Positions 17,778 to 26,558 of a DNA stretch of 64,000 nt are shown here, in pieces. Position 1 is the stretch's first letter, and each line of letters starts with the position of its first letter. The stretch is from a virus (lineage: Duplodnaviria; Caudoviricetes): positions 1 through 64,000 of the IMG/VR virus record IMGVR_UViG_3300043672_000039. One strand, 5' to 3'. Under the pieces are notes generated by a model, which worked only from the letters and a program-made list of their open reading frames with translations, ran no database searches and was not told where the DNA came from. A program made the position numbers and the translations under genes.

Positions 17778-19790
17778 ATGGCATCCGTCGCCGAACGTTT
17801 GATAGATTACGATGGAACGTTTTTTCGGGGGATGAAGTCGGATTCCTACCCCGGTCAACTTCCTCTCGGTTATTACTGGTCCGGATTCAATACGCTGAAT
17901 CTCGGCGGCTCGCTTTCTTGCCGACCCGGCTATCGCTGTTTGATTACTTTCCCGCAAGGAAATCTTCAAGGCTCCGCGATTTTCCGTCCGCAAATCGGTC
18001 TCGAACAAATGATGGTCGCGGTAGATGGCGTTATCTATGTTGCTGAGTGGCCGTTTTTGGAATTTCGAATTCTGCCCAATGTTCAGTTTTCGCCGCACGC
18101 CAAGCAAATTTATTGGCAGCTTACCACCCAGTCGGCGCGTCGAGTTTCTCCGGATGTATTTTCATCTGGAATTGAAGTCATTCCGCCGCGCGTCGTGATG
18201 TTCATGCAGGACGGGGGCAACACCGCGCCTGCGTGGTATGATGGGGCACAGTCCGGGCACATCCGCGACCGCGAATTCGAGACCCCGGCGGGCAGTGCAA
18301 TGATGTGGGTCGGAGATAGGCTTTGGGTTGCAAAAAGCAATCAGGTCTTCGCGTCCGATATAGGAAATCCGTTCAGTTTCCGAGAACAAGTTTATCTCGG
18401 TAGCAACACTTCATTTTATTTTGTCGGAGATGTCACCGCGATGGTTAAGACCCCGAGCATTGAGTCTCCGCAACTCATGGTGTTCACTGACAGCAATGGA
18501 TCGATTCTGCAAGCGAACATTCGCAATCGGGATTTGTGGCCGCAAACGGATAACTTCCAAATGGAAGTGATTCAGATCGGTTGCCCGAGTCAGAACGGGG
18601 TAATTTCTCATTATGGTCGCATCGTCTGGATGGCAAATCAGGGAATGATTTTCTTCGATCCCGCGACTTCCGGAAAGATTACATCCCGGCTACCGGTGCG
18701 AGATAATGAAATGCTCGTCAGCAAGATTCGTTTAAACGAAGACTTGAGCGGCGTAGCAATTGGTTCCTTCGGACAATTCTTGTGCGTTTCCGTTCCGGCA
18801 GAATCTCTTTTCAATAAGCATACGTGGGTCCTCAATCATGCCAGCTTGCAAACGCTGGAGGACGATTCTGGTCCGTCATGGGCGGGCTACTGGCTTGGAA
18901 CCCGACCGGTGAATTGGCTCTATGGAGACATCGTGGGCACCGAACGAATTTTTCATGTGAGCGCGGACGAAGACGGGAATAACCGTCTGTGGGAAGCGTT
19001 CATTCCGGACCGGCTCGATAATGGTTGCCCGATTACTTGGGCGGTTGAGACCCGAGGCTATTTTGGGCAGACGACTCAGTCGCATAAAGTCCCGGGCTCT
19101 CGCTGTCGCATGGCATGGGCAGACGTTGCGTTGATCGGGATCGAGGAAGATTTGGACCTTGGAATTTTTTATGCTCCCGGGGCTCGCGGCGCTTATATAC
19201 AAATTCTAAAGAAGCGACTTGAAGTCGAAAAAGGTAGTTTGAGTTTTGATCTTCAGATCGACATGACTACGGAATTGTTTGCGTTTAAAGCTCAGTCTCG
19301 AAAAGAACGAACGGAAGACGCAAATCAAATGTCGATGTCGGTGGAAACTGGGTCATGCGATTTGGAGAGCCCCGACAACGAAAACATTGACGAGAGCTTC
19401 CAGCTTTTGATTGTGGCACACGGACCGGCAACGATTTACTACATCCGCCCGTTTGCGTTCGCGGTCTCCGAAGATTTCTCTGGTGATCCGGATGCTTGCA
19501 TCGACGAGATTCCATTCAATACGGTTCGGTTCGATGGCACCGGTGTCCGTGCTTCTGATCTTGCTGAAGCGACGTTGGCCTTATCGACGCGACCTCTCGC
19601 GTATTACACTGCGAACAAAACGGAAATCGTCACGCAACTGGGTATGTCCGCTATCGGGACTGGATTCGCGGAAAGTATAGTCTCTCAAGAGGCGGCGGAG
19701 CGCGTAGCTCGAATCATCGCGATTAAGCAAGCGGAGTCAGAGCTTAAGCGCGACCTGCCGAAAACTCTATCTGTAGGAGAAGGATTCTAA
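17778..19790 (+). CDS. Putative tail nozzle / tail tubular protein B (beta-propeller)
   Basis: 670 aa, repeated beta-blade-like segments (WVGDRLWVAK, IGCPS..G.ISH.G.I.W), synteny. Confidence 0.6.
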   Translation: MASVAERLIDYDGTFFRGMKSDSYPGQLPLGYYWSGFNTLNLGGSLSCRPGYRCLITFPQGNLQGSAIFRPQIGLEQMMVAVDGVIYVAEWPFLEFRILPNVQFSPHAKQIYWQLTTQSARRVSPDVFSSGIEVIPPRVVMFMQDGGNTAPAWYDGAQSGHIRDREFETPAGSAMMWVGDRLWVAKSNQVFASDIGNPFSFREQVYLGSNTSFYFVGDVTAMVKTPSIESPQLMVFTDSNGSILQANIRNRDLWPQTDNFQMEVIQIGCPSQNGVISHYGRIVWMANQGMIFFDPATSGKITSRLPVRDNEMLVSKIRLNEDLSGVAIGSFGQFLCVSVPAESLFNKHTWVLNHASLQTLEDDSGPSWAGYWLGTRPVNWLYGDIVGTERIFHVSADEDGNNRLWEAFIPDRLDNGCPITWAVETRGYFGQTTQSHKVPGSRCRMAWADVALIGIEEDLDLGIFYAPGARGAYIQILKKRLEVEKGSLSFDLQIDMTTELFAFKAQSRKERTEDANQMSMSVETGSCDLESPDNENIDESFQLLIVAHGPATIYYIRPFAFAVSEDFSGDPDACIDEIPFNTVRFDGTGVRASDLAEATLALSTRPLAYYTANKTEIVTQLGMSAIGTGFAESIVSQEAAERVARIIAIKQAESELKRDLPKTLSVGEGF

Positions 19791-21502
19791 TGCGTATCGT
19801 CATTGATCCTCTCTATCTCCGGCGTCCGAAGTTGAATTATGTTTCCCCTCCGGTTTGCGAAGCTATTTTTTCTGGCTCTGGATCGCCGATTATTATTCTC
19901 GATGATATCAGCAAGCTACCCGGACCGACTGGATTGGTTTTGGGTGGTCACGGTCAGGTTCGCTTGAGTTGGAATCGCTACCCCGGCGCATTGTGTTACA
20001 ATGTTTACACTCTCGTTATTTCTCAAACGGAGCTTTCGTTCCCGTGTTCCGATATTCAAGACATCAGTCAAAGTGGAAGCTATGTGCTATTGTCGGAGTG
20101 TCATATCGATCCAACGATAGTTATTACGCAACCGGGATGCTATCGAATCTCGGCAATCACTGGTGACGGTGAATCCGATTTGAGTGATCCGATTTGCACC
20201 TGCGAGTGCCCGGATTGTTTTTGTCCGGACGGCACGGAGTTTTATCCGGATTACGAGGAGTGTCTTTGCTCTCCGCAGTCTTGCCCCCCGGGACAGGTTT
20301 GGGACCCGACGATTTGTCAGTGCGTGGGTTGCGGCTCTCAGCAATGCGCCCCGAGTTTTATTCCGGACTACGCTGACCCGTGTAACTGTATCCCGAGCCC
20401 CGGCGGACCGACGAACGTTTGTAACGAAGAACAGACCGCTACTTGCCCGGGTGATTCCGTTACCGTCCCTGCCGGAACGTTTTGCGTGCAAGCGCCGAAT
20501 CGTTTGCCCGCGACGATTGCCGCCGCTCAAGCGCAAATGAATGCAGAGGCTCTAGCCGAAGCAGAATCAGAACTTGAGTGCGATGGATGGAGAATTTGTA
20601 ACTGGGATGCTTCAGTTCGCGCGGCGATAGCTGCCGGGTTAGCGTCCGCCGGATGCACGGGAAGTGTAGCTCCGGAATGGGATGGAGTCTTCGACAAGTC
20701 TTACTCTTTCGTTGTTGGCCCAATCAACGAGGTAAAATATTTCGACAATCAATCAATCCTCGGAAATGCAGTAGCGCCCTCTGAATTCCCGGGGTATCCG
20801 GGCGGCAATTGGCAGGATATGTGTTTCACTCGGCTCTATTACAATGCCGCTTCCGGAACATGGACGCTCTCGATTGGTTGCGCGTTCGATTGCACGGGAA
20901 ATCAATACGCGTGGGTCGGGGAGATGGTCAATAACGAATCTGCGAACCCGGGCGGGATTTATACACAGACTTCCGGATTTTCTTCCGGCCCAACTACGAT
21001 TGAAGTCGTTCCCACTTCTGGTGGTCATTGCACGGGTTGCCAAGCTGTCCCGCAGAGCATTCAAAATACGGTGTTCGCGCAAGGTCCGTTTGGAGCGTTT
21101 CCAGCTTGCGGAAATTTCGCAATTACGAATGGCTCCGGAACATGGAGTCTTACTCAAAATCTCAGCACTTGCACGGAAAATTTTATTGAGATAACCGGGC
21201 AGACTTGTAATCCGAATGAGAACCCTTATGCTCTTACGGTGGATATTCCGTGGGACGATTCCGGTAACGTCGCCGCCGGGGTCCATACCGTTCAATTTCA
21301 GCTTTCGTTCAACGGAAGTTTGGTGGACTCGGAGACGCGGGACTTGGCAACCGGACCGTTCACCCCCGTTCAATTGACCGCCCCGTTGCCGGTCGGTATT
21401 GTTACAATTCGAATCGCAGTAGTTTTCCAGTGCGTCCCGAGCCCAAGCGTGACGGCGAATAACCTCGGCCCATTGTTAATAACCCCCCTCACACCACCAT
21501 AA
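19790..21502 (+). CDS. Cysteine-rich virion protein with CXCXC-like repeats
   Basis: CTCECPDCFC, CPPGQVWDPTICQCVGC and related segments. Confidence 0.65.
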   Translation: MRIVIDPLYLRRPKLNYVSPPVCEAIFSGSGSPIIILDDISKLPGPTGLVLGGHGQVRLSWNRYPGALCYNVYTLVISQTELSFPCSDIQDISQSGSYVLLSECHIDPTIVITQPGCYRISAITGDGESDLSDPICTCECPDCFCPDGTEFYPDYEECLCSPQSCPPGQVWDPTICQCVGCGSQQCAPSFIPDYADPCNCIPSPGGPTNVCNEEQTATCPGDSVTVPAGTFCVQAPNRLPATIAAAQAQMNAEALAEAESELECDGWRICNWDASVRAAIAAGLASAGCTGSVAPEWDGVFDKSYSFVVGPINEVKYFDNQSILGNAVAPSEFPGYPGGNWQDMCFTRLYYNAASGTWTLSIGCAFDCTGNQYAWVGEMVNNESANPGGIYTQTSGFSSGPTTIEVVPTSGGHCTGCQAVPQSIQNTVFAQGPFGAFPACGNFAITNGSGTWSLTQNLSTCTENFIEITGQTCNPNENPYALTVDIPWDDSGNVAAGVHTVQFQLSFNGSLVDSETRDLATGPFTPVQLTAPLPVGIVTIRIAVVFQCVPSPSVTANNLGPLLITPLTPP

Positions 21503-21507
21503 AACAA

Positions 21508-21516
21508 GTGACTGTT
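21508..21516 (+). promoter_or_regulatory. GTGACTGTT motif
   Basis: 6 nt upstream of ATG 21523. Confidence 0.65.
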
Positions 21517-21522
21517 TAATAT

Positions 21523-22347
21523 ATGGCACTAAAACCTACAAATCTTTACATTCAGATGGCACCGTTGCCCGCGACCTTCAAAGGGAGCCCGCAAGATTTC
21601 GCGGTTGCCATGGTGCAACGTATGAAAATTCTTTCGCCCAACGGAACGAATTTCATTTTCATTGGCGACGTTGAGCCTATTTCCAATGTCGGTCCGTGGT
21701 TGCGCGGCGGCACTCAATGGTGGGTCTGGGATGAGAATATCAAGCGATATGTTCCTCTCGATATCTCCGCGTCCGAGACGCGATGGTATTGGATGGGCGC
21801 GAGCACCCCGACGAGCACTCCTCCGCAAGTGTGGCTGAAGACGACGAAGGACGCGACGGACCAAGACCCGAGCCATGGCGAGCCGATTGGCTGGTATGTG
21901 TTCGATGGCACTACTTGGAATCCTTTTATCGGAATCGTGTTGAGCGGTTCGACTGCGGACCGTCCGACTGGCGGAGTTGAATATCAGCAGTATTATGACA
22001 CGGATATCGCTGTCCTTATCTGGTGGGAGCGGGGGCAGTGGAGAACGGTTTCCGGCGTTCCCGGCGATATCAAATTTACTGTGTTTGAAGTGCTGACGGA
22101 CGCTCTGCGGTTCAATCCCGGCTGGGAAGTTCTCGGTGCTGGCAATCAATCTTTTCGTGGACGTATTATCGTTCAAGCGGCGAAGGATTCAGGAACGTCA
22201 CCGGAAACGGTGCTTACGGTTGGGGCAAATATCACCCCAAGGCAAGCTCTAGAAACTTTTGGCGAAAGTGATGGGATCAAAATCGATAATGCGTCCACTT
22301 TAAAATATCCCGGGACCCTCGCTTGCTGGACTCTGGTAAAAACATAA
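21523..22347 (+). CDS. Putative tail fibre/baseplate-associated protein (274 aa)
   Basis: Trp-rich beta segments (GPWLRGGTQWWVWD, YVFDGTTWNP); tail module position. Confidence 0.55.
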   Translation: MALKPTNLYIQMAPLPATFKGSPQDFAVAMVQRMKILSPNGTNFIFIGDVEPISNVGPWLRGGTQWWVWDENIKRYVPLDISASETRWYWMGASTPTSTPPQVWLKTTKDATDQDPSHGEPIGWYVFDGTTWNPFIGIVLSGSTADRPTGGVEYQQYYDTDIAVLIWWERGQWRTVSGVPGDIKFTVFEVLTDALRFNPGWEVLGAGNQSFRGRIIVQAAKDSGTSPETVLTVGANITPRQALETFGESDGIKIDNASTLKYPGTLACWTLVKT

Positions 22348-22349
22348 AA

Positions 22350-22925
22350 ATGCAATCGGTTTTTATCTATTCATTGAACGATCCGATTTCGGGGCGGTCT
22401 CGTTACATTGGGAAAACTGCCAATCCCACAATCCGGCTAGATCAGCACATTCGAGAGTCTCGAAAAATTAAGAAAAACTACCACAGACTAAACTGGATTC
22501 GTTCTCTGGGTTCACGAAATTTAAAACCGGTGTTTGAAATTTTAGATGAGGTTCCAGCGTTGGAATGGGAATTCTGGGAATGCGAATATATTCGTCTCTA
22601 TAGAATTCTAGGTTTTAATTTAACAAACTCCACGGATGGAGGAGAGGCAGGCCCTTCTATGAAGGGAAAAAAATTATCTCTGGAACAGTGCGCGAGTCGT
22701 GTTGGTAATAAGCGGAGATTAGGAATTCCGCATACCCCGGAGAGCAAGGCCCGAATCAGCGCCGGAAGTCGAGGACACAAAAAATCTCTAGAAACGCGGG
22801 CGCGGATGAGTGCCTCTTTGCGAGGTAATACTCGTTTTGTTGGCCAGTGTTTGTCAGATTCGCACAAACAAAGGCTATTGGAAGGGCACCGTAAGTGGCG
22901 GGATTCACTCGTCAAAACCCCTTGA
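22350..22925 (+). CDS. GIY-YIG homing endonuclease with NUMOD3 repeats
   Basis: FIYSL..YIGKT; NLTNSTDGGE; HTPESKARIS and KSLETRARMS repeats. Confidence 0.9.
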   Translation: MQSVFIYSLNDPISGRSRYIGKTANPTIRLDQHIRESRKIKKNYHRLNWIRSLGSRNLKPVFEILDEVPALEWEFWECEYIRLYRILGFNLTNSTDGGEAGPSMKGKKLSLEQCASRVGNKRRLGIPHTPESKARISAGSRGHKKSLETRARMSASLRGNTRFVGQCLSDSHKQRLLEGHRKWRDSLVKTP

Positions 22926-22929
22926 ACGA

Positions 22930-23391
22930 GTGACTATTAGAAAAAGAAGCAGTGCGGTAGTCAAGCAACTTGAAGTGAACGATTTATGGCCTGTGTTGAA
23001 TCATCTGGTCGAGAACTTTCCGAGAAAGAAATTTCTCTCGGAACCGATCAACGTGGATTATCTCGCTTCGAGTTGGAGCAGCTTAATGAAAAACGGCAGT
23101 GCGGTCGCATACGCAACCTTTTTAGATTCAAAGCCCTCTGGGGTCTTGCTCGGTTTGTTGACGCCGGACTTGCACAACGGGAAACTTCAGGGGGTAGAGT
23201 TTTTCTGGACCGGAAGCAACACGCTTCCCCTTTTGGATATGTTTGAAGCAGAATGCAAAGCTCGTGGATGTTACCGGGTGGTCGCCGGACTTTGGGGGCA
23301 AGCCATCGGGCCTCGGGCTCCGGTGTTGCGCCGATTTTATCGTAGCCGGGGGTATTCGCCAGAAGCGGAATCCTTTTCGAAAGTGTTGTAA
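22930..23391 (+). CDS. GNAT-like acetyltransferase preceding ejection proteins
   Basis: GVLLGLL, EFFW, LLDMFEAECKARGC, RRFYRSRGY; probable GTG start at 22930. Confidence 0.6.
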   Translation: MTIRKRSSAVVKQLEVNDLWPVLNHLVENFPRKKFLSEPINVDYLASSWSSLMKNGSAVAYATFLDSKPSGVLLGLLTPDLHNGKLQGVEFFWTGSNTLPLLDMFEAECKARGCYRVVAGLWGQAIGPRAPVLRRFYRSRGYSPEAESFSKVL

Positions 23392-23394
23392 TTT

Positions 23395-24369
23395 ATGGGT
23401 GAAATTTTCACAGCAGCGGGGCAAGTAGCAGCGGCAGCGATGCAAGCTGCTGCGGTGCGTGAAGCTACTCAAATGCAGATCGACGCGCTTGAGCGTCAAC
23501 GGCAGTATGTTTACGCGAACCTCGACCCGAGCGTAATCGGCGGACAAGCCTATCAGGGCGATGTCAATCGCGCGTTGCAGCAGCGGAATTTGCAAGGGCT
23601 CATTGATCCGGCGTTGCTCAATCAGCGATACGCGGCGGAGAATGCAATCACTTCGCAAGGCTCCGAACTTGGACAGGAATCCGGTCGAGTTTCTCGTCAG
23701 GCTACAGATGAAGCTTTGCGCGGAACGCCGGGAATGGATTTGGTTAAGCAGAACCTCGTGGATCAGGCTTTGCAAGAATTGCAGATGGGCGCGACGTTGC
23801 CGCCTGATGTTCAGGCTGAGCTTGTGAAAGCCGGGCTTGAAAAAACCGGTATGACGACCGGCTCTGCGTCCGGTCAAGGAACCGGTGGACAAATTTTGCG
23901 GACCATTCTCGGTCGCGCCGGTCTCGAACTGAAGGCGCAACGACAGGAACAGGCCGCAAAGCTTGCGACGACTGCTCAGAATTTGGAAGGTGCGCGGCAG
24001 AATATTCTGCAATCGCTTTTTCCTCGTCTGAATGAAGTCCAATTGAACAACCTCGGCGGACAGCAAAGCATCCTAGCGCAATCAAATGCGATGATGCCTG
24101 AAGCTGGTTTGAGCGGTCACGATATTGCAAATATTTGGCTTGCGCGAGTTGGGGCAACGAATCAGCTTGCGCAAAATGCTGCAAATGCTGCCGCCGCCGG
24201 AGCACAACAGCAAGGACAAATTTGGGCGGGAGCAATTGGAGGAGCAACTCGCGCCGCCGCAGGTGCCGCGCCGTCATGGAATACTGTTAGCGGTTGGTTT
24301 GGCGGCGGAGGGGGCGGCGGAACTGGTTCTGGAAATTCAATGGACTTGGGCGGCTTTGCAACAGATTAA
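23395..24369 (+). CDS. Putative DNA ejection/internal virion protein
   Basis: Ala/Gln/Gly-rich helical protein following GNAT, as in podovirus pilot protein blocks. Confidence 0.6.
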   Translation: MGEIFTAAGQVAAAAMQAAAVREATQMQIDALERQRQYVYANLDPSVIGGQAYQGDVNRALQQRNLQGLIDPALLNQRYAAENAITSQGSELGQESGRVSRQATDEALRGTPGMDLVKQNLVDQALQELQMGATLPPDVQAELVKAGLEKTGMTTGSASGQGTGGQILRTILGRAGLELKAQRQEQAAKLATTAQNLEGARQNILQSLFPRLNEVQLNNLGGQQSILAQSNAMMPEAGLSGHDIANIWLARVGATNQLAQNAANAAAAGAQQQGQIWAGAIGGATRAAAGAAPSWNTVSGWFGGGGGGGTGSGNSMDLGGFATD

Positions 24370-24375
24370 AATTTT

Positions 24376-25050
24376 ATGCCAGTAAGCACACTCAACGGAT
24401 GGACTAGCTCGGGATTACTTCCGAGCAGCACGGTCGTTTCACAAATTCTCAGCCGCGCGGGTTCAGGGGCGCAAGCCGCTCCTCCGCCGGGCTCCGTTCC
24501 CCCGCCTGCGGGCGGTGCGGCGTCCCCTCCGCTTTTCGGCGGGCTCGGAGGCGGTGCAACTACTCCCGGGGCTGGTGGATATCAGCCGTTACCTTCCGTG
24601 CCGTCCCGTCAGCCGCCCGGGTTTGGTGGGGGAGCCGGACCCGGATACGGAGATGTGTCCGGTGGACGAGGATGGGTGAATCCGTCACTTACTCCCGAGC
24701 AAGCTTACTCTCAGTATTTGCAATGGCGAGGGTTCGCAGATACTACGACTCCTTTGCAGGCGAATATTAATGCGATGGTCGGGGCTCAGGGGGCCTTAGC
24801 GTATAGTAGCGCCGGAGACCCGAACCGAAATGGATTGAACTACGATCCATACGGCGCCACTTTGCGAGCGAATCTCGCGGCTCAAATGATGGGTGTTCAA
24901 CGTGCCTCGCCGTATGCTTATTCATATGGAACTCCGGCGGCTCACGCTCCGGCTCCTCAACCGGCGGGCGGATACGTCACCGGTTATGGGGCTCCTCCAC
25001 CTTCTCCCGGTGGTGGATTCGGATTCAGTGGCGGTGGATTCGGTTTCTAA
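24376..25050 (+). CDS. Gly/Pro-rich low-complexity virion protein
   Basis: ATG after AT-rich leader; Gly/Pro-rich composition. Confidence 0.6.
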   Translation: MPVSTLNGWTSSGLLPSSTVVSQILSRAGSGAQAAPPPGSVPPPAGGAASPPLFGGLGGGATTPGAGGYQPLPSVPSRQPPGFGGGAGPGYGDVSGGRGWVNPSLTPEQAYSQYLQWRGFADTTTPLQANINAMVGAQGALAYSSAGDPNRNGLNYDPYGATLRANLAAQMMGVQRASPYAYSYGTPAAHAPAPQPAGGYVTGYGAPPPSPGGGFGFSGGGFGF

Positions 25051-25056
25051 AAAATT

Positions 25057-26556
25057 ATGGCTGGACTAGGCGGAGCACCCGCACAACAAATTCAAGCTGG
25101 GATTGCGCCACAACCTTTGGTGACTGGTGCGCCCCCGTTGTCGCCCACACTGCTCAACGCTTTTCGTGACGGATTCATTACCGCCGACGACATCTTTGAA
25201 CGAATCAGCGCGACGACGAAGGCGAAGAAAAAGGCTGAGTTGCAAATGGCGACGGAAGCTACGTCTCCGGAATCAATTGAAGCTCGGAAACAGGTTGTAG
25301 CGGCTCAAGCGGCTCAAGCGCAGCTTGCACAACAGCAAGCCGCCGCTTCTGGTCCGCTCGTTGCTCCCCAAGCCGCACTGAGTGCCGCAGAGATTGCTGC
25401 AAAACAGCAGTTGCTTCCGGCGCAAACGGAACTGACCGCGCAGCAATTGGAAATGAATTCAAAGTTCATGTTCCCGAAAGCTTTGTATGATATCGCAACC
25501 GAGCGGTTGAAGGTCGTCAACCCGGTGAAGCGAGTCGATCCGGCGAACGGAGCCGAATACACTCAGATGTTGAACGCGGCTGGTGAAGATGTGACCCCCG
25601 GTAGCCCGGCGCATGCCACTTACTCGCGCATTGCGCAAGGTGCTTTTTCTAATCTGTCTCCCGGTGGTTCGCCGCAAGTCGCCCCGAAAGCAACCGTTGC
25701 CCCGGCGGCACCGGTAGTCGCTCCGGCGGCTGCTCCTTCGGCTATGGTTACGCCGAATGTAGCTGCTCCTGTGACTGTTTCCCCGCTCGCGGGTAATCAA
25801 ACTCGCGCGGCCTTGATGGAACATCCAGCTTTCTCCGGCGTCCCGGGTTCGACGATTGCGGCTATGTCTGATGCCGACGCTGCTGATGCCCTCGTCAAAG
25901 CAAATCGTTCCGTTCCGCCGTCGCCCTCCGTCATTCAGCCGAAAGCTCCGTCAATGGCATACACTCCCGGAGTTGGATTGCAAACCGGAATGCGTTCGAT
26001 TAAAGATCGGGCTCTCGTTCCGGCTGAAGGTGTGGAAAAACTCGCTTTGGCCTCGCAGGCCAAATCCACGGCGGACCGATTGCAGAAAGCATACGCGGAT
26101 TTGATTCAGTCTGACCCTCAATTCACCGGACTCATCAACGGCACGATTACGAAGGCGGTAGCGGGGAAACGATGGAACGAAAAAGTTGCCGCCTTCGAAC
26201 GTGAAGCTACAGCAATTCTCGCGCCAGTCGCCAAGGGAACCTATAATGAAACCGGCGTGCTGAGTGATAAAGATGTCGAGCGATACAAAAATGTGTTGCC
26301 GGATTTGCGAGATACTCCTAGAGTGGGCAACGAGAAAATGCAACGGCTCATCAACGAAGTGAATTCGGCTTACTCGAACAAAATCGAAATGTGGAAGAAA
26401 GCGGGATACGATGTCGGTAATCTTGGTGCGGATAGCTCCGCCGCGACTGCGCCGACTCCCTCAGTCACCCCTGTTGCTGGCAAGCTGGTCACGATTCCCG
26501 GGCTCGGGACTGGCACCTATGACCCGGCAACCGGTCTTTTCACCCGGACGCAGTAA
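25057..26556 (+). CDS. Putative ejection protein (499 aa)
   Basis: Ala/Pro-rich helical protein in ejectosome position. Confidence 0.55.
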   Translation: MAGLGGAPAQQIQAGIAPQPLVTGAPPLSPTLLNAFRDGFITADDIFERISATTKAKKKAELQMATEATSPESIEARKQVVAAQAAQAQLAQQQAAASGPLVAPQAALSAAEIAAKQQLLPAQTELTAQQLEMNSKFMFPKALYDIATERLKVVNPVKRVDPANGAEYTQMLNAAGEDVTPGSPAHATYSRIAQGAFSNLSPGGSPQVAPKATVAPAAPVVAPAAAPSAMVTPNVAAPVTVSPLAGNQTRAALMEHPAFSGVPGSTIAAMSDADAADALVKANRSVPPSPSVIQPKAPSMAYTPGVGLQTGMRSIKDRALVPAEGVEKLALASQAKSTADRLQKAYADLIQSDPQFTGLINGTITKAVAGKRWNEKVAAFEREATAILAPVAKGTYNETGVLSDKDVERYKNVLPDLRDTPRVGNEKMQRLINEVNSAYSNKIEMWKKAGYDVGNLGADSSAATAPTPSVTPVAGKLVTIPGLGTGTYDPATGLFTRTQ

Positions 26557-26558
26557 CT

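Noticed and set aside
22930-22938. GTGACTATT near-match to the promoter motif
   Set aside because: In frame as the probable GTG start of the GNAT gene and carries one mismatch
25771-25779. Intragenic GTGACTGTT
   Set aside because: Encodes Val-Thr-Val in a coding region with no nearby ATG; consistent with the roughly 0.5 chance expectation
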